Source: Polymyxa betae A26-41 (lineage: Eukaryota; Protista; Endomyxa: Phytomyxea). Taken from it: a stretch of 64,000 nt of DNA. The number at the start of each line of letters is the position of its first letter. Position 1 is the first letter of the stretch. Position numbers and translations under genes: made by a program. Of the stretch, positions 1-11,214 are shown piece after piece. Where the stretch lies: NCBI GenBank assembly GCA_003693705.1, contig RBZT01000527.1, forward strand, positions 62,001-126,000, read 5' to 3'. The notes below the pieces were generated by a model that was not told the origin of the DNA, searched no databases, and saw only the letters and a list, made by a program, of their open reading frames with translations.

Positions 1-864
1 GACGCCGACCTTCTCTTGGGTCAGTTCGGGATCCGAACAGTGATCGATCTGCGTGCCGATGGCGATGCTGAAGTGAAATCGGTGATTGGAGTGCCAGACG
101 CCACCAACCGGTTTGTGGCTCGCTTGGAGAAGGTACCGCTGGATGCGGCGGCGTCGTCCCGGCTGCGGAAGCCCTCCGTCACGAATGTGCCATTCGGTGG
201 CGCTCGACAGTTGTTGAGCTATATCTGCCTGAATGGGACCCTCATAGAGATCGTTCTGCTGTTTTTATACAGCTTATTCTGTATGAAGCAAAGAGCGATC
301 GGCGTCATGTCCCGAGTTTTCGCGCGATTTGGCCTCACCGGCCTCAGTTGTGGTCAGTGGCTAACGTCGTGCAGACCCGTCGTTGATCTGATGTGTTTTT
401 GTTCGCTAGCGTTGGTGTCGTGCTCGGGTGATCTGGTCGCCGAAGTGTTGAAAGTCGTCGCTGTCAATTCGGAGAATGGTGTCTTGGTTCATTGCAGGTA
501 GAGAATCTGAGATTGTCGTTGCCGAGCCATGCCTCCAACGAATCGTAGTTTAGGGAAAGATCGAACCGGAGTGATTATCGCCTTGATTCTGATGATATTA
601 GATTTTGAAGAGGATGAGATAGTAAATGATTATGAAGAAAGTGGTCGTGCTGTGACAGTGGAGACGAGAAAGGCGCTTCTGCCCAAGACGCTTTTTGATA
701 AAGACCTGTTCGCTGATGCAGATGGAAAAGTGATTCGCAATCTGGTCAAATTCATCGATAAGCGATATGGGTCCCTGAACAATTATTTGGATTCGATTGG
801 ATTTGATGAGAGCTATCGAAAAATGATGCGAACAAATTTGTTAAAGAGAAAAGCCAGACAATAA
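1..864 (+). CDS. Tyrosine/lipid phosphatase family protein (Y_phosphatase3-like), 5'-truncated, spliced
   Basis: GIRTVIDLR motif. Removing GT-AG intron 498-548 joins the two ORFs into the catalytic motif HCSLGKDRTG. Typical C-terminus YGSLNNYLDSIGF. Confidence 0.85.
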
Positions 865-968
865 ATTGTATATCTGTTAACATTCGTTTATCGCATTGTT
901 CAATGCATGAAATCTGAACAAAAATAAAAATGCAAGTAAAAACTATTATTGTACATTGGCATATAAAA

Positions 969-2029
969 TTAAGGGAAATGAATTATGTTGATGTATGAAG
1001 ACGTTGGGTATTATTGTTCGAAGGTTTAGCCTCATTGATGACGATCTTCATCGCTCCTTCGACTAACGACGATCGCGTCTCTTCTAAATATTTCTGTCGG
1101 GTTATAACATAGTTGTACATGTTCGGACTACCCAGAAAGTTCAAAGTGGCGATTTTTCGGAGCGAAAGCGACTAACCTTCCTGCCCTGCCAACACTAACC
1201 AGATTGAAGTGAAGGTTTTCGTAGAACGTTCGAACAAGGCGATTCGACCGATCGACGCCGCAGAGGATCCGGTGCAGGCGAAGATTATCAAAGCCGTAAT
1301 CGAGAACGGAGAGGTGCAGATCTTGAGCCCAGCCATCATCCCAATATTGCTTATGTATAACCAGATCCAGCTCTCCTGAGCTGGTCATGGGATCCAGACG
1401 ACTGAAACCCATCGATCCAACTAATTCATCACCACGAAATACGAAGAACGCCAATCCTTTCTGAAAGCAGATAAAAATGTTACCTAAACGTTTCCAAGAG
1501 CGAATTTAAACGTTTATTAGCAGCAATGCTTTCCTGCCATTGAGATTATAAAAAAATTCAGAGAAATAGTGTGAAAACAAAATGTTCTTAAACACAGATA
1601 AAGCAGGCAAAATCGAAATGCGAAAGTGTTTCTCTAATAAAGTGATGTCACCTGCTGTGATTGATGAGCAGATTGTGTGCGAACTTTAGCATGGATCTGA
1701 CGAACAGTCTGCTGAGGAATGGGGCGAAACGAGACCAGTTGTTCGGGTTTCATTTGGGTCAGATTGCAGAACAAATCAAGATGCAGGGCGGTCGTCTCAG
1801 CGGCCGTTATTAGGACCAGACCTTGTAATGTTTGCAATCGCAGAGATTCAGGAATATCGAACTGCAAGGAGCGTCGTGAGGCAACACGTTGCTGGGACGA
1901 ATGCCGACTTCCGAAAAGCCTTACCCACCACCTGGGAAGCCTGCGAGTCCAGGCCCAGAGGCCAGCGATGACAAGAACGGCAGCGAGGTAAACCCAGGGG
2001 GATCGAGCCGCGACCTTGAGCGACGTCAT
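969..2029 (-). CDS. GNAT (RimJ/RimL-type) N-acetyltransferase with N-terminal hydrophobic segment, multi-exon
   Basis: GELDLVIHKQYWDDGWA...LDYGFDNLRLHRI...NRLVRTFYENLHF. Spliced last exon PNMYNYVITRQKY ends at a stop at 969. Linkage to the upstream exon (1634-2029) is inferred. Confidence 0.7.
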
Positions 2030-2588
2030 CCTTTCGAATAATGTTTTTAAAGTTTCATTATGAACTATCAAGTTACATTTATATGTGAGACCAGATCAAT
2101 ATCTACTACGCATCCATTGCGTCAAATTCCCCAACATCCTTCTGCAAGGAAAAGTCTTGTACATAAGCCTGAGCCTTAAGATACTTGGCAATGAGTTTGG
2201 GAATTCCTGCTCGAAGGCTGAATATAGGGACTTTCGAAGGTATTGACAATTATCGTCCAATTTCAATATCTAGCCATAAAGATTTTTAAAGGCACGCTAA
2301 GCGACGTAGATAAGGATTCAAAAGAGGGCTTTCACATTGGGACAAAACGCTTAGCTAATTGCAACTACGAATGTCAATCGATGATGCTAATCAGTATCTT
2401 GGATAGCGACTATAATTGTCATTTGTGAAGGCATTGCTTGACAATGGGCTTAAAATCATGAAGCATAAAAGCAAAATTGAACTTTTAACAGCAGCCACAG
2501 CCCACAGCAAATATTGCTGAAATCGTTTTATGACGATAGCTCGAACCAGTTTTGAGGTATAAATAAAGACCGGGCGAATACGAATCCT

Positions 2589-2906
2589 TCAGTGATCCCA
2601 AGGATGTTTCAGTCCCTGAACTGTCGTCAGCAGATCTCACGATGCACCAGACACATTTCCACAAATACCAATAAAGCGGCACCGTCTTGTTTAAAACGAT
2701 CTGCAGAGGATTGTAAGCAAAACAAGACGTGACCGCTTCTGATGCAAGAACCTACAAAGAATCCAAAAAACCGCTGTACCCCCGACGACGTTAGCCAAAG
2801 CATATTGCCAAGGTTTAGCGGGATGTATGTCGAAACCAGGTCCGGCGTGAGCTAGACGACGCCCAGCGACTAGCTTTGAGCGGAATTGGAAGGAGCGCCC
2901 TAACAT
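2589..2906 (-). CDS. NDUFB2: NADH dehydrogenase (complex I) beta subcomplex subunit 2 (AGGG), 3 exons
   Basis: Presequence-like N-terminus. Spliced product HPAKPWQY...FWILYRFKQDGAALLGLKHPWDH* matches the plant/protist NDUFB2 pattern. Confidence 0.85.
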
Positions 2907-3202
2907 GAGCTCGAACTCGGTAAACGAGTGATTGTTTTTGGCGGTGAGACGTGATAACTTGAAGTTCGCGGTTTAATTGCAATGTAATGTTAGCAGCGGC
3001 GCGACCGCCTATTTTCGACTGTTTACTAACTGTATATGAATGATTAGCTACTGGTATCGGCTGTTTACACTTTATTGAAAACACGAATGAAGTCCTGGGT
3101 CATATCCATGGCTCTATCTATGAGTTCATACGTCAGTAACTCGACATCATGACAATACGGCTTACTATCGGGAAGCCAACCGTTGCATAGGCAATGGAAG
3201 AA

Positions 3203-3922
3203 TTAGATGGCGAGAGATGCGAAACCAGCCAAGGTTCTCTCAACTTCGCTCTGGACAGCTTCTAATAATAAAGATTTTTTAAATGGCTGTGGTAATGGAG
3301 TCGATGCTAAGGCTATGAAATCGTCGAGTCCGACAGTTTTCAGTACAGGATCGGCTACGAAATTCATCATGACATGAAGGTCGTGACGTCGTATTTTGAT
3401 GCCCTTAGCAATACGAGGCGATACTAAGGTCTTCTCTAGATCCTTTATGGAAATTCGCCCATCACCATCTTGATCGAACCGACAGAAAGCGGCTTGATTC
3501 AGTCTGCGCTCGATACCGAAATCGCGTTTGTCGAATCCGTTGACCAGAGCTTGTGTCTTTAAATTCCTCGATAATCGCACAGCAGGTCGTGCAATAAGCC
3601 GCAAATGGCTGCCGATCGAGAAATGACTCTGTGTCACAGATTTTGATTTCATACGAAGAGCCTGACATTGGGACGGTGGCGCTGTTTCGTCACTCGAGCC
3701 ACTTTTCTGGCGAAGCTCGCCCTGCAGCTTTCTTGTCAAATTTGCCATTCGGGAGGTTATTCGAAACAGGTTCGCCTCTGAAGAACTGTGGTTTAATGGA
3801 GGTATTGCTTTTTGAGAAGCACCATTTGGTGATCTCCTCTCCAGACTTGATCTTACTTTCGTGGCGATTTCGATCGATTTCTGAGCATCGAACGAAACCG
3901 ATTTCTGCTTCGTCTGTGACAT
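3203..3922 (-). CDS. EF-hand calcium-binding protein
   Basis: Canonical loop FDQDGDGRISIKDL followed by a degenerate second EF-hand (ADPVLKTVGLDDFIAL). Start codon uncertain. Confidence 0.65.
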   Translation of the reverse strand: MSQTKQKSVSFDAQKSIEIATKVRSSLERRSPNGASQKAIPPLNHSSSEANLFRITSRMANLTRKLQGELRQKSGSSDETAPPSQCQALRMKSKSVTQSHFSIGSHLRLIARPAVRLSRNLKTQALVNGFDKRDFGIERRLNQAAFCRFDQDGDGRISIKDLEKTLVSPRIAKGIKIRRHDLHVMMNFVADPVLKTVGLDDFIALASTPLPQPFKKSLLLEAVQSEVERTLAGFASLAI

Positions 3923-4658
3923 AGACTGGGCCAGTGAAACCGCATATGAATAAAGACAAACACGAGCGCGTGCCAGAAACCATCGCTTTTTTATTACCTC
4001 AATAAACATACAGCTTAAAGCATTTGAAATCGAAATTGGACAAGTCGGATGCCAAGGTTTCGCATCCTTGCTCGTGGGCAGGGCATCAGCGTCAGGCGAC
4101 CAGCGAAAAGAAGCATTAGATAAATCGACGATTCAGCCTTCTGGGAGAGGCATTTCAAGGCAATCTGATTCAGGGCTATTCGTGAATGAAGCCCCTGACG
4201 TTTACCAGCCATCTTTGTCTGAAGTACGACCAACTGGGATCGCGTTGTTTTCCATGCCAGGAAGAACGCGTCATGGATCACTGCTTTCAAGTTGGAACGA
4301 TCGGTCCGATACCGCCCATGTGAATGAGGTCAGTGTCCTCTGTGATTCCGGAACGCCGAACTTCTCTCGAACTTCGCCACGTCTCTATGAAGCAACGAGG
4401 TGATGGCTGCGCCTGACTGAGAGATGACTTGCTTGCAGTTGAGAAAGGATGGCGGGACCCGCTACCCCTATTGCAAGATTCATGAATTTTGATGAAACGC
4501 TATGAACTGGTTGCGCTAACATCCTCGCTATCATTTCTGGGTGACGATCACTAAAAGGCAGTGGTTGCAAGCAAGCCATTTGCAACATCGCCTTGGGCGT
4601 TTGAAGTGGTTGCCGGTTGAAGGTCGCCAGTTGCTGTATCGCCGCCCCTCCCCTGTGG

Positions 4659-6638
4659 ATGTCATTGGCGTTCGAAGGCGTCTTAGCGGTAGGCGCTTCA
4701 ATGGATTGATTAGCCAAACTGAGCTTTTGTGTACGGTAGGTAATTCTATTGGGATTCTCGGGGTTGTTTTCAGGCCTGACTCTGGGGCTGCTCGGTCTCG
4801 ACGTCTGTTCATTGGAGATCTCATTAGCATCGGATTCGATCCAGTCGAAATATGCCGCCAAAATCCTTCCTTTACGGCGACGTGGGAATCTACTGCTTTG
4901 CACATTGCTTTTCGCCAATGTTGCCGTTAATACAGGTCTGGTTTCGCTTACTGACGCCCCCTATGCACTGATGTCATTCTGATCTAGCTCTTCCCATTCT
5001 CCTGACAAGGCTTTTCGGAGAGGTTGTTTTCTGGTTCAAAACAGTTCAAATTTCATACTCAGTTTTGGTCAGGTTGGATCGCTGTTAATGTCGATTTCAT
5101 TAATCGTCATTGTGGGTGAGATTATCCCGCAAGCGATATGCTCACGACATGCCCTGCTAATCGGGGCACACTCTATTTATTTCGTTTACATTCTAACGGT
5201 GGTATTTTTTCCCGTTGCCTATCCAATCTCAAAGATACTCGATTTCGCTCTGGGTGACGAATTAGGGCAACACTATAGCCGAAAAGAGCTGCAGAAACTC
5301 GTTGAAATGCACCACAAGACAAATCGCGTTCAGAAACTGCATAAAGACGAGTGCGTTCCCCTTTATGTTCTTTATGTTTTGTCAGTTGATCTAATGGCAA
5401 TTGCGAATAGATTCAACATCTTGACGGGGGCGCTACAATTCGGACAAAAAAAGGTCCAGGAAATAATGACGCCTCTCTCCGCTGTCTTCAGCGTGGATAT
5501 CAACGCTCGCCTCGATTTCGAAACAATGCAGTCCATCTTTGAATCAGGATATTCCCGTATACCGGTTATGGATCGATTGCAAAACGGGAAACCATCTGTG
5601 TTTGGCATTCTCTATGCCAAAGACCTAATTCTAGTTGATCCTGAAGATGCACTACCTGTAAGGCATATCCTTAGCTTATACTGCAGGACCGTTCATTTCG
5701 TGTTTTCTGACACCAATCTCGAACGTATGTTTTCGGAATTCAAATCTGGCCGAACCCATATTGCAATCGTGGTTGATATCGCAAATGAAGGTCGTGGCGA
5801 CCCGTATTATGACATAAGAGGTCTAGTCACTCTGGAGGATATTGCTGAAGACATATTTCAGGACAGTATCTTTGATGAAACCGATATAGCCTCAGCGCCA
5901 ACATCACGGCAGTTCTGTCGCCAATGGCTGTTAAGGCCGCCCTTCATTCACCAACCAATAGCTAAGTTAGAGAGTCCAGAACTAGATGCTGTATATTTTC
6001 ATTTAAGAGGTGCCTATCCACAAGTTTTTCAGGCGATTCCTGAGCAGTTTCTTCGCGCACTTCTTCAGCAATCGAACGTTTTCGAGGTTTATGTTCCCGA
6101 TCTCTCAGAAACAACCCGGTTCTCCAATTATGGTCAAGAGATTGAATCTGATCTACTCTCTCGCAGAGCAATCCCGATTCACCAAGGTGGCTTAAGTCTT
6201 CATCAGTATGGGCAGAACCTTTCGTATATTTCCATTATTCTGGACGGCCGTGTTCATGTACAATTTGGGACTGATCAGTTCGAGACGAATCTTGGACGGT
6301 GGTCGATTATCGGTCTGCATCACTTCGAACGTGACGTCAAACAAATCGTCAATGGGTGTCAAGTGCCCGCGTTAGAGAGTGTGGATTTTGCAGCGTATGC
6401 AATAAGATCGTCACGAATATTATGTATCGATCGCGAAATGTTTCGGTCCTTCTTGGTGAGGTCAGTTTCAAATCCTTATGCCACTGTAACCTCTGTAGTC
6501 ATCACAACTGAGCAAGCTTCTCTCTACGACAAACGTACTGAAGGAAACAACATCTTTGGGAAGAACGAACAATCATCAACTGCTGGAGAACCTAACCCTA
6601 ACTCACAGCTATCTATTATTGTAAAACATCCGAGTTAG
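4659..6638 (+). CDS. CNNM: CNNM/DUF21 + CBS-pair + cNMP-binding-homology Mg2+ transporter, multi-exon
   Basis: FSGLFSGLTLGLLGLD, LLCTLL, GEIIPQAIC, GYSRIPV, GLVTLEDI, and C-terminal IILDGRVHVQFG. Confidence 0.92.
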
Positions 6639-7060
6639 TAATAAACGGGATGCATTGTGTGCTTCTTGCAGAGCTGTAAGTTGATGTAATTAACGCGCAA
6701 ATGCCCTTCGTGAGAAAGGAAATATATCTTAAATCTCTAGGGCACTTTAGCAAGCTGGGTGACTGTTTGCTATCGACTGTAATCGGACAAAGGAGCTATC
6801 GTTCGCTCTTGTTTTTCACTAGCATAAGACTCCCTGTTCTAGATAATCGATAAGATTCTATAGAGCTCCGTCATCGTGAGATGATTCAACGCATATGTTG
6901 GTTGCTATCTACTGTCGAGAGTTCAATACCCCTCATGGGTAAGGATTTTTTATATCAACTTAAGGACGGCAAACTACATGCAAATTATTGACAGCATTTA
7001 CAATATTATAGAACAATGATCCAGCTCGATTGCTTGGATCAGCGACCACGAACGACTATA

Positions 7061-8574
7061 TTAGATAGGCGTCACTTTCAGAATGAAAATGTTATCGGGT
7101 CTATCAATAAAATAAAATCGTGATTGAATGGAGTCGGTGTCGATGGCTTCGTATTTAAGCCCAGATCGAATCAGCTCTTCTTTCAATAGCTGGAACGACG
7201 ATTGTTGGCGAAGACAGTTGGCCATGATCGCCATCTTGGCGCCTAGCTTGAAAGCCCGACAAATTACGTCGACCTGGCCGGCAATCAAATCCGGAGAATA
7301 AATCTGGAACAAGTACTCAGATCAGACGAAATCTTGGAATGGTTCGAATACAGTATCAGCTAGAAGGACAATATCAGGTCGGGTTTCAGCCAACACATCG
7401 TCGTCGATATCGAGCCAATCCAGCTTTCGTACAACGACTTGTTGGTGGGCGTCATTTACGGCCAGATTCTGGCCAAGCTGCTTTAGGACGTCATCGCAGA
7501 AATCGGTGGCGAATACGGCCGTCGTCTGATACCTGGAGCAGACAGTGGGGACGAGACCGGTCGCCCCCGAGCCCAGCTCGAGCACCCGTTGGCCAGTTGG
7601 TCGATGCTGAATGCAATATTCAGCCAATAGAAACCCTAACGAGTGCAACAGTGAGCACAAACCCTAAACCCATAACCCTGCCTACCAGCTGGCCATGCTG
7701 TTAGCCCGCAGTTGTTCATGATGGACGACGACGTGCGGAACGTGACACGGCGTAGTTCGCCATCATCATAGAAGAGGGTTTGATATCCACCTGCTGGAGG
7801 ATCGTGACAGGCGCCCAGCAATGAGAATTGCTTCAGCGACTTCCGACTCACGATCATCATCTGACGACCGATCACCTCCTCGTGCAGTTCCATTTGTCGT
7901 GATTCGATCAGGCGACCATATGCAAGGACGAAATCGTCATCGTGCGTGGTGGACGGCACGAATTCGGTTCGCAGAGCCTGCATAAGGAGATCCTGCGCGA
8001 ACAATGCCGTGAACTCGAACGCCGACCCAGCCATGTGTTCAACGATGGTGAGCGGCGGCACCAACGCTAGATACATCCTGACGACGGCGCTGATTTCGCC
8101 CATGATCTCGCTCATGTACTCGCGATAGTCCAGCAGGAACCGTTGCGTGGCCGCGGGTTCGTACGACTCCAGATCGGGCCACGGGGCGTGCAATGGAGCC
8201 CGAGCCAAGACGGCAGCGTTCTGTCGGAGGACAGCGGCGATCATGTTGGGGATAGTTGGCAGATTGAGGCCGAGGCGATGGCCAGGCAGGACCCGGGCCC
8301 GATCACGACAGAATGTGAATAGGAGCGCAGCACGATACTGCCATGATGTCAGATGATCTAACGATGAGACAGCATCCAGCAGGTCAGAGGATGGCGCCAT
8401 CAGTAGGTCAAGGCAGATGAAAGCAATCGTGGGCGGATCGGGATCCGAGTCGCGGCGGCATTCCGCGCAGCTGATGCCGTGATCGTCCTGGCCCAGCGCC
8501 CTCCAGATATATCTGGTTCGTCCGACGATTTCCACCGATACGGTCCCGGTATCGGACGCGCAGAAATCGTCCAT
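7061..8574 (-). CDS. FAM86/EEF2KMT-like protein-lysine methyltransferase (Methyltransf_16), spliced
   Basis: CGLTAWPAG|FLLAEY, VLELGSG, TDF, LDW, DIVLLADTVF|IYSP, plus a FAM86-like N-terminal helical region. Start uncertain. Confidence 0.8.
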
Positions 8575-10069
8575 CTGCAGCGGCAGCAGGAACAGACGAG
8601 AATCGTTGCTAGACCCAACGTCCTCTCCAGGTCGCACAGATCGGGCCAAGCAGCAGCCGCCACCGGTGCCGCGGCCGCCTTCGCGGACTTTCTCACTTGG
8701 TTACGGACTTACGGGCTTCTTGTGCTCATTGCAGGTAGCAATTAATGATGGGAACCTTCACCAACTCGTTCGCGGTTTAAATCGCCGAATCTCCATTACG
8801 GCGCATTACTGGTCGGTTCTGGTTCGCATTCAAAGTCATTTCCAGGAGCGGATTAAGGCACCTTCGAATCCTGCGCCGGCTTTGTTTACTCGTCATCGAT
8901 CAGTCTTGTGATCTGCCAGCAAATATTTCGCCTATTGAAGATTATCGCCGGCCTTGATGGCATCAGCGAAGTTTGATAGAGAACCCTTTGAGACCTTTAA
9001 TATAACGCTAATTTGATGCCTATAATCAGGGCCAAAGCTTCTGTAATTATTGACAAAATGCCAAATTTTCCACAGACGCCATGGTTGAAAAGGGATGTCA
9101 TGTGCTGGGTATTTAGCTCCAATTCCTCTTCCATTTCCTCTTTCTTCGGAAAGGAGACTTTCACCACTTTTTTCATAATCCTCTGTCGTTCCTGTTATTC
9201 TTTGCAACCCGGCTAAAATTGCAGCATTTTCGCGAGAATGCCTCCAAAAAATATGTTTTGAATTCCCCGGCCTCTGTTAGTAATGGCTCTATCCAGAATT
9301 TTGGTGATTGTTGTGGTTGGATTTGCGTTGTCAAGGGTCCGATTCTGCCTATCTGCTGGACATACGATCCCCGGTCTCAAGTTGCAGTTGAACAGTTGAA
9401 GGAAGTCTGCGATTTGGTGGACATCAAACATTCGAAAGTTGCTTGATTAAATGATGAAGTTTCAATGTACAAGAGATGCGTTTCTGCCTTCTCTCGAGTT
9501 GAGTGATGGATTGGTGGATTGCAGTTAGTTTTGATTGGCGCCGTTATTGTCACTTTGGTGGCTATAGCGGCGCCCATTTTCTATCAGTCTGTTTTCTTAG
9601 GGTTTTGGGTCTTGCAGGTAGTTAAACGACTCCAATTCATATTATGGATGATGTCGTCTATTTACTATGCATGATAGCATGGATTTAGGTCTGTTGGAGG
9701 TGCTGGCCTTTTTTACAGGAAAGCTCTTTAGTGAACTTGTCCTTGAGCCGACAATCGTTCGACAGGGTTCGAAGCCGAGGAAACACTCAAGGTCGCTCAC
9801 TTTATCAACCACAACGGTCCTCAACTCCCTGTTAACTTTATTTGTACGACCCGTTCTTCAGCATAGATTAAGAACTTGAGATGGTCTCGATTTTGGAGAC
9901 AACCTCTGGAATGCCTTCTTAGGAGCATTAGCGCGTTCAAAGGTAACCCGCATCGAAACGATGATACGATGCAACAAAGCTACTGTGGAATCTGGGTTCG
10001 TCTTTTACCGACTATATCCAACCGGCATTGTGAAGATAGATTAGAAGGAGTGTGTTATTATTATCAGCT

Positions 10070-10393
10070 TGCAGTGATGAAATTGTCTGGGGTGGAGGGG
10101 CAGTCAACTACCAACCCCATCATCATCGATTACGGGGTCTATCTGGGCTTTAGGTGGTGTAATGACAATGCGTTACCCCATTGCCCGGATGCAGTGATGA
10201 AACTGACTGGGGTGGAGGGGCAGTCAACTAGCAACCCCATCATTATCAATTATGGGGTCTAACTGGGTTTCAGGTGATGTAATAACACTGCGTTACCCCA
10301 TTGCCAGAATGCAGTGATGAACCGAACTTGGGTGGTGGGAGACTGAACTACCAAGCCTATCATAATCGACTATGGCGTCTGGGCTTCAGGTGA
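10070..10393. repeat. 120-bp tandem repeat, ~2.7 copies
   Basis: Units start tgcagtgatgaa at 10070, 10190 and 10310. Copies 1 and 2 differ at 14 of 120 positions by manual count; copy 3 is more diverged and truncated. Confidence 0.95.
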
Positions 10394-11051
10394 AGCTTGC
10401 TTTGCTACGGGACGGCCAATGGCACATCCAGGACGGCGTCCGTTCGGTCGCGATTCAATCATGCATGCCCCTTCTGCGCCTCGTGATCCTTTTCGAATCA
10501 GGTGCCGAACAAGTAAACCGACTCCACTTTGTTTGCTTATTTGCTTACGCTGATTGCACAGGTAGCTATTGATCTAATGGATCCGGGATCTGCAAGCCGC
10601 TATCAGGTGCTTGAAGGATTCCCCAAGCTGGTCATCGAATCGGAGAACGAAATCAGCCCATTGCCAGCGAAGACTTTGGAATTGACCGTTTTAAGCGAGC
10701 AGATTCCTCAGCAAACGCCTAATCAAATCTTCGAAAGGTTCACTACCATGGTCAAGTTCATTGCCTGTTTCTGCAGCTGCAGATTAAACGCCGTAGAGCC
10801 TGTAGCATGTTCGACATTTTCAGAGCCCTCTAGCTTCCTCTCTGCTCCGATTCCTTTAACAGCCGGACCGGATTTCTTGGCTGGTCATGTGACATTTGTT
10901 GATCATGAGCTGATTCTGTCGTACTTCAAAAGAATACGATATGACATCAAATTCCGAAGTAATGTGCTCATATGATTACCCGCTACTCCTAATCTTATTG
11001 TTTTTAGACTATTGTCAAGAAATTGAATCCATTTGGATGAGCCATTGCTAA
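10372..11051 (+). CDS. Hypothetical spliced protein, possible REC114/PHS1-like
   Basis: GT-AG introns join the ORFs. Spliced C-terminus ILSYFKRIRYDIKFRNYCQEIESIWMSHC* resembles the REC114 C-terminal helix pair; the family call is weak. Confidence 0.45.
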
Positions 11052-11214
11052 CATCCACTGTAAAATACAAAGATTGCATTCTCGATGTATCAGACACCAT
11101 GTCTTCTTCCCTGCCTTAGTGTCTGACGCATGCTTCATTTCTGGGACGGGTCTCTTCTTGTACTACCGGTACCCAATTAATTGATGCTCCCAGCTAATTG
11201 TAGCATTAGGATCC

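Noticed and set aside
4068-4918. Several overlapping ORFs (111-177 aa) on both strands
   Set aside because: They are antisense or shadow frames of the CNNM 5' region and promoter, with no motifs.
7330-8760. GC-rich segment as a horizontally acquired island
   Set aside because: It encodes a typical eukaryotic, intron-containing methyltransferase, and other gene 5' regions in the window are also GC-elevated.
9219-9672. In-frame TGA codons suggesting selenocysteine or a variant genetic code
   Set aside because: No recognisable protein or SECIS. Conserved genes in the window encode Trp as TGG and use TGA as a stop (e.g. NDUFB2, CFAP300, MCMBP).
9876-10262. 128-aa ORF running through the repeat
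   Set aside because: Copy 2 has in-frame stops (TAA, TGA) at positions that are sense codons in copy 1, so there is no sign of coding constraint.
10070-10393. CRISPR array or 5S rRNA array interpretation of the 120-bp repeat
   Set aside because: The whole unit is repeated with no unique spacers, the context is eukaryotic, and the sequence does not resemble 5S rRNA.
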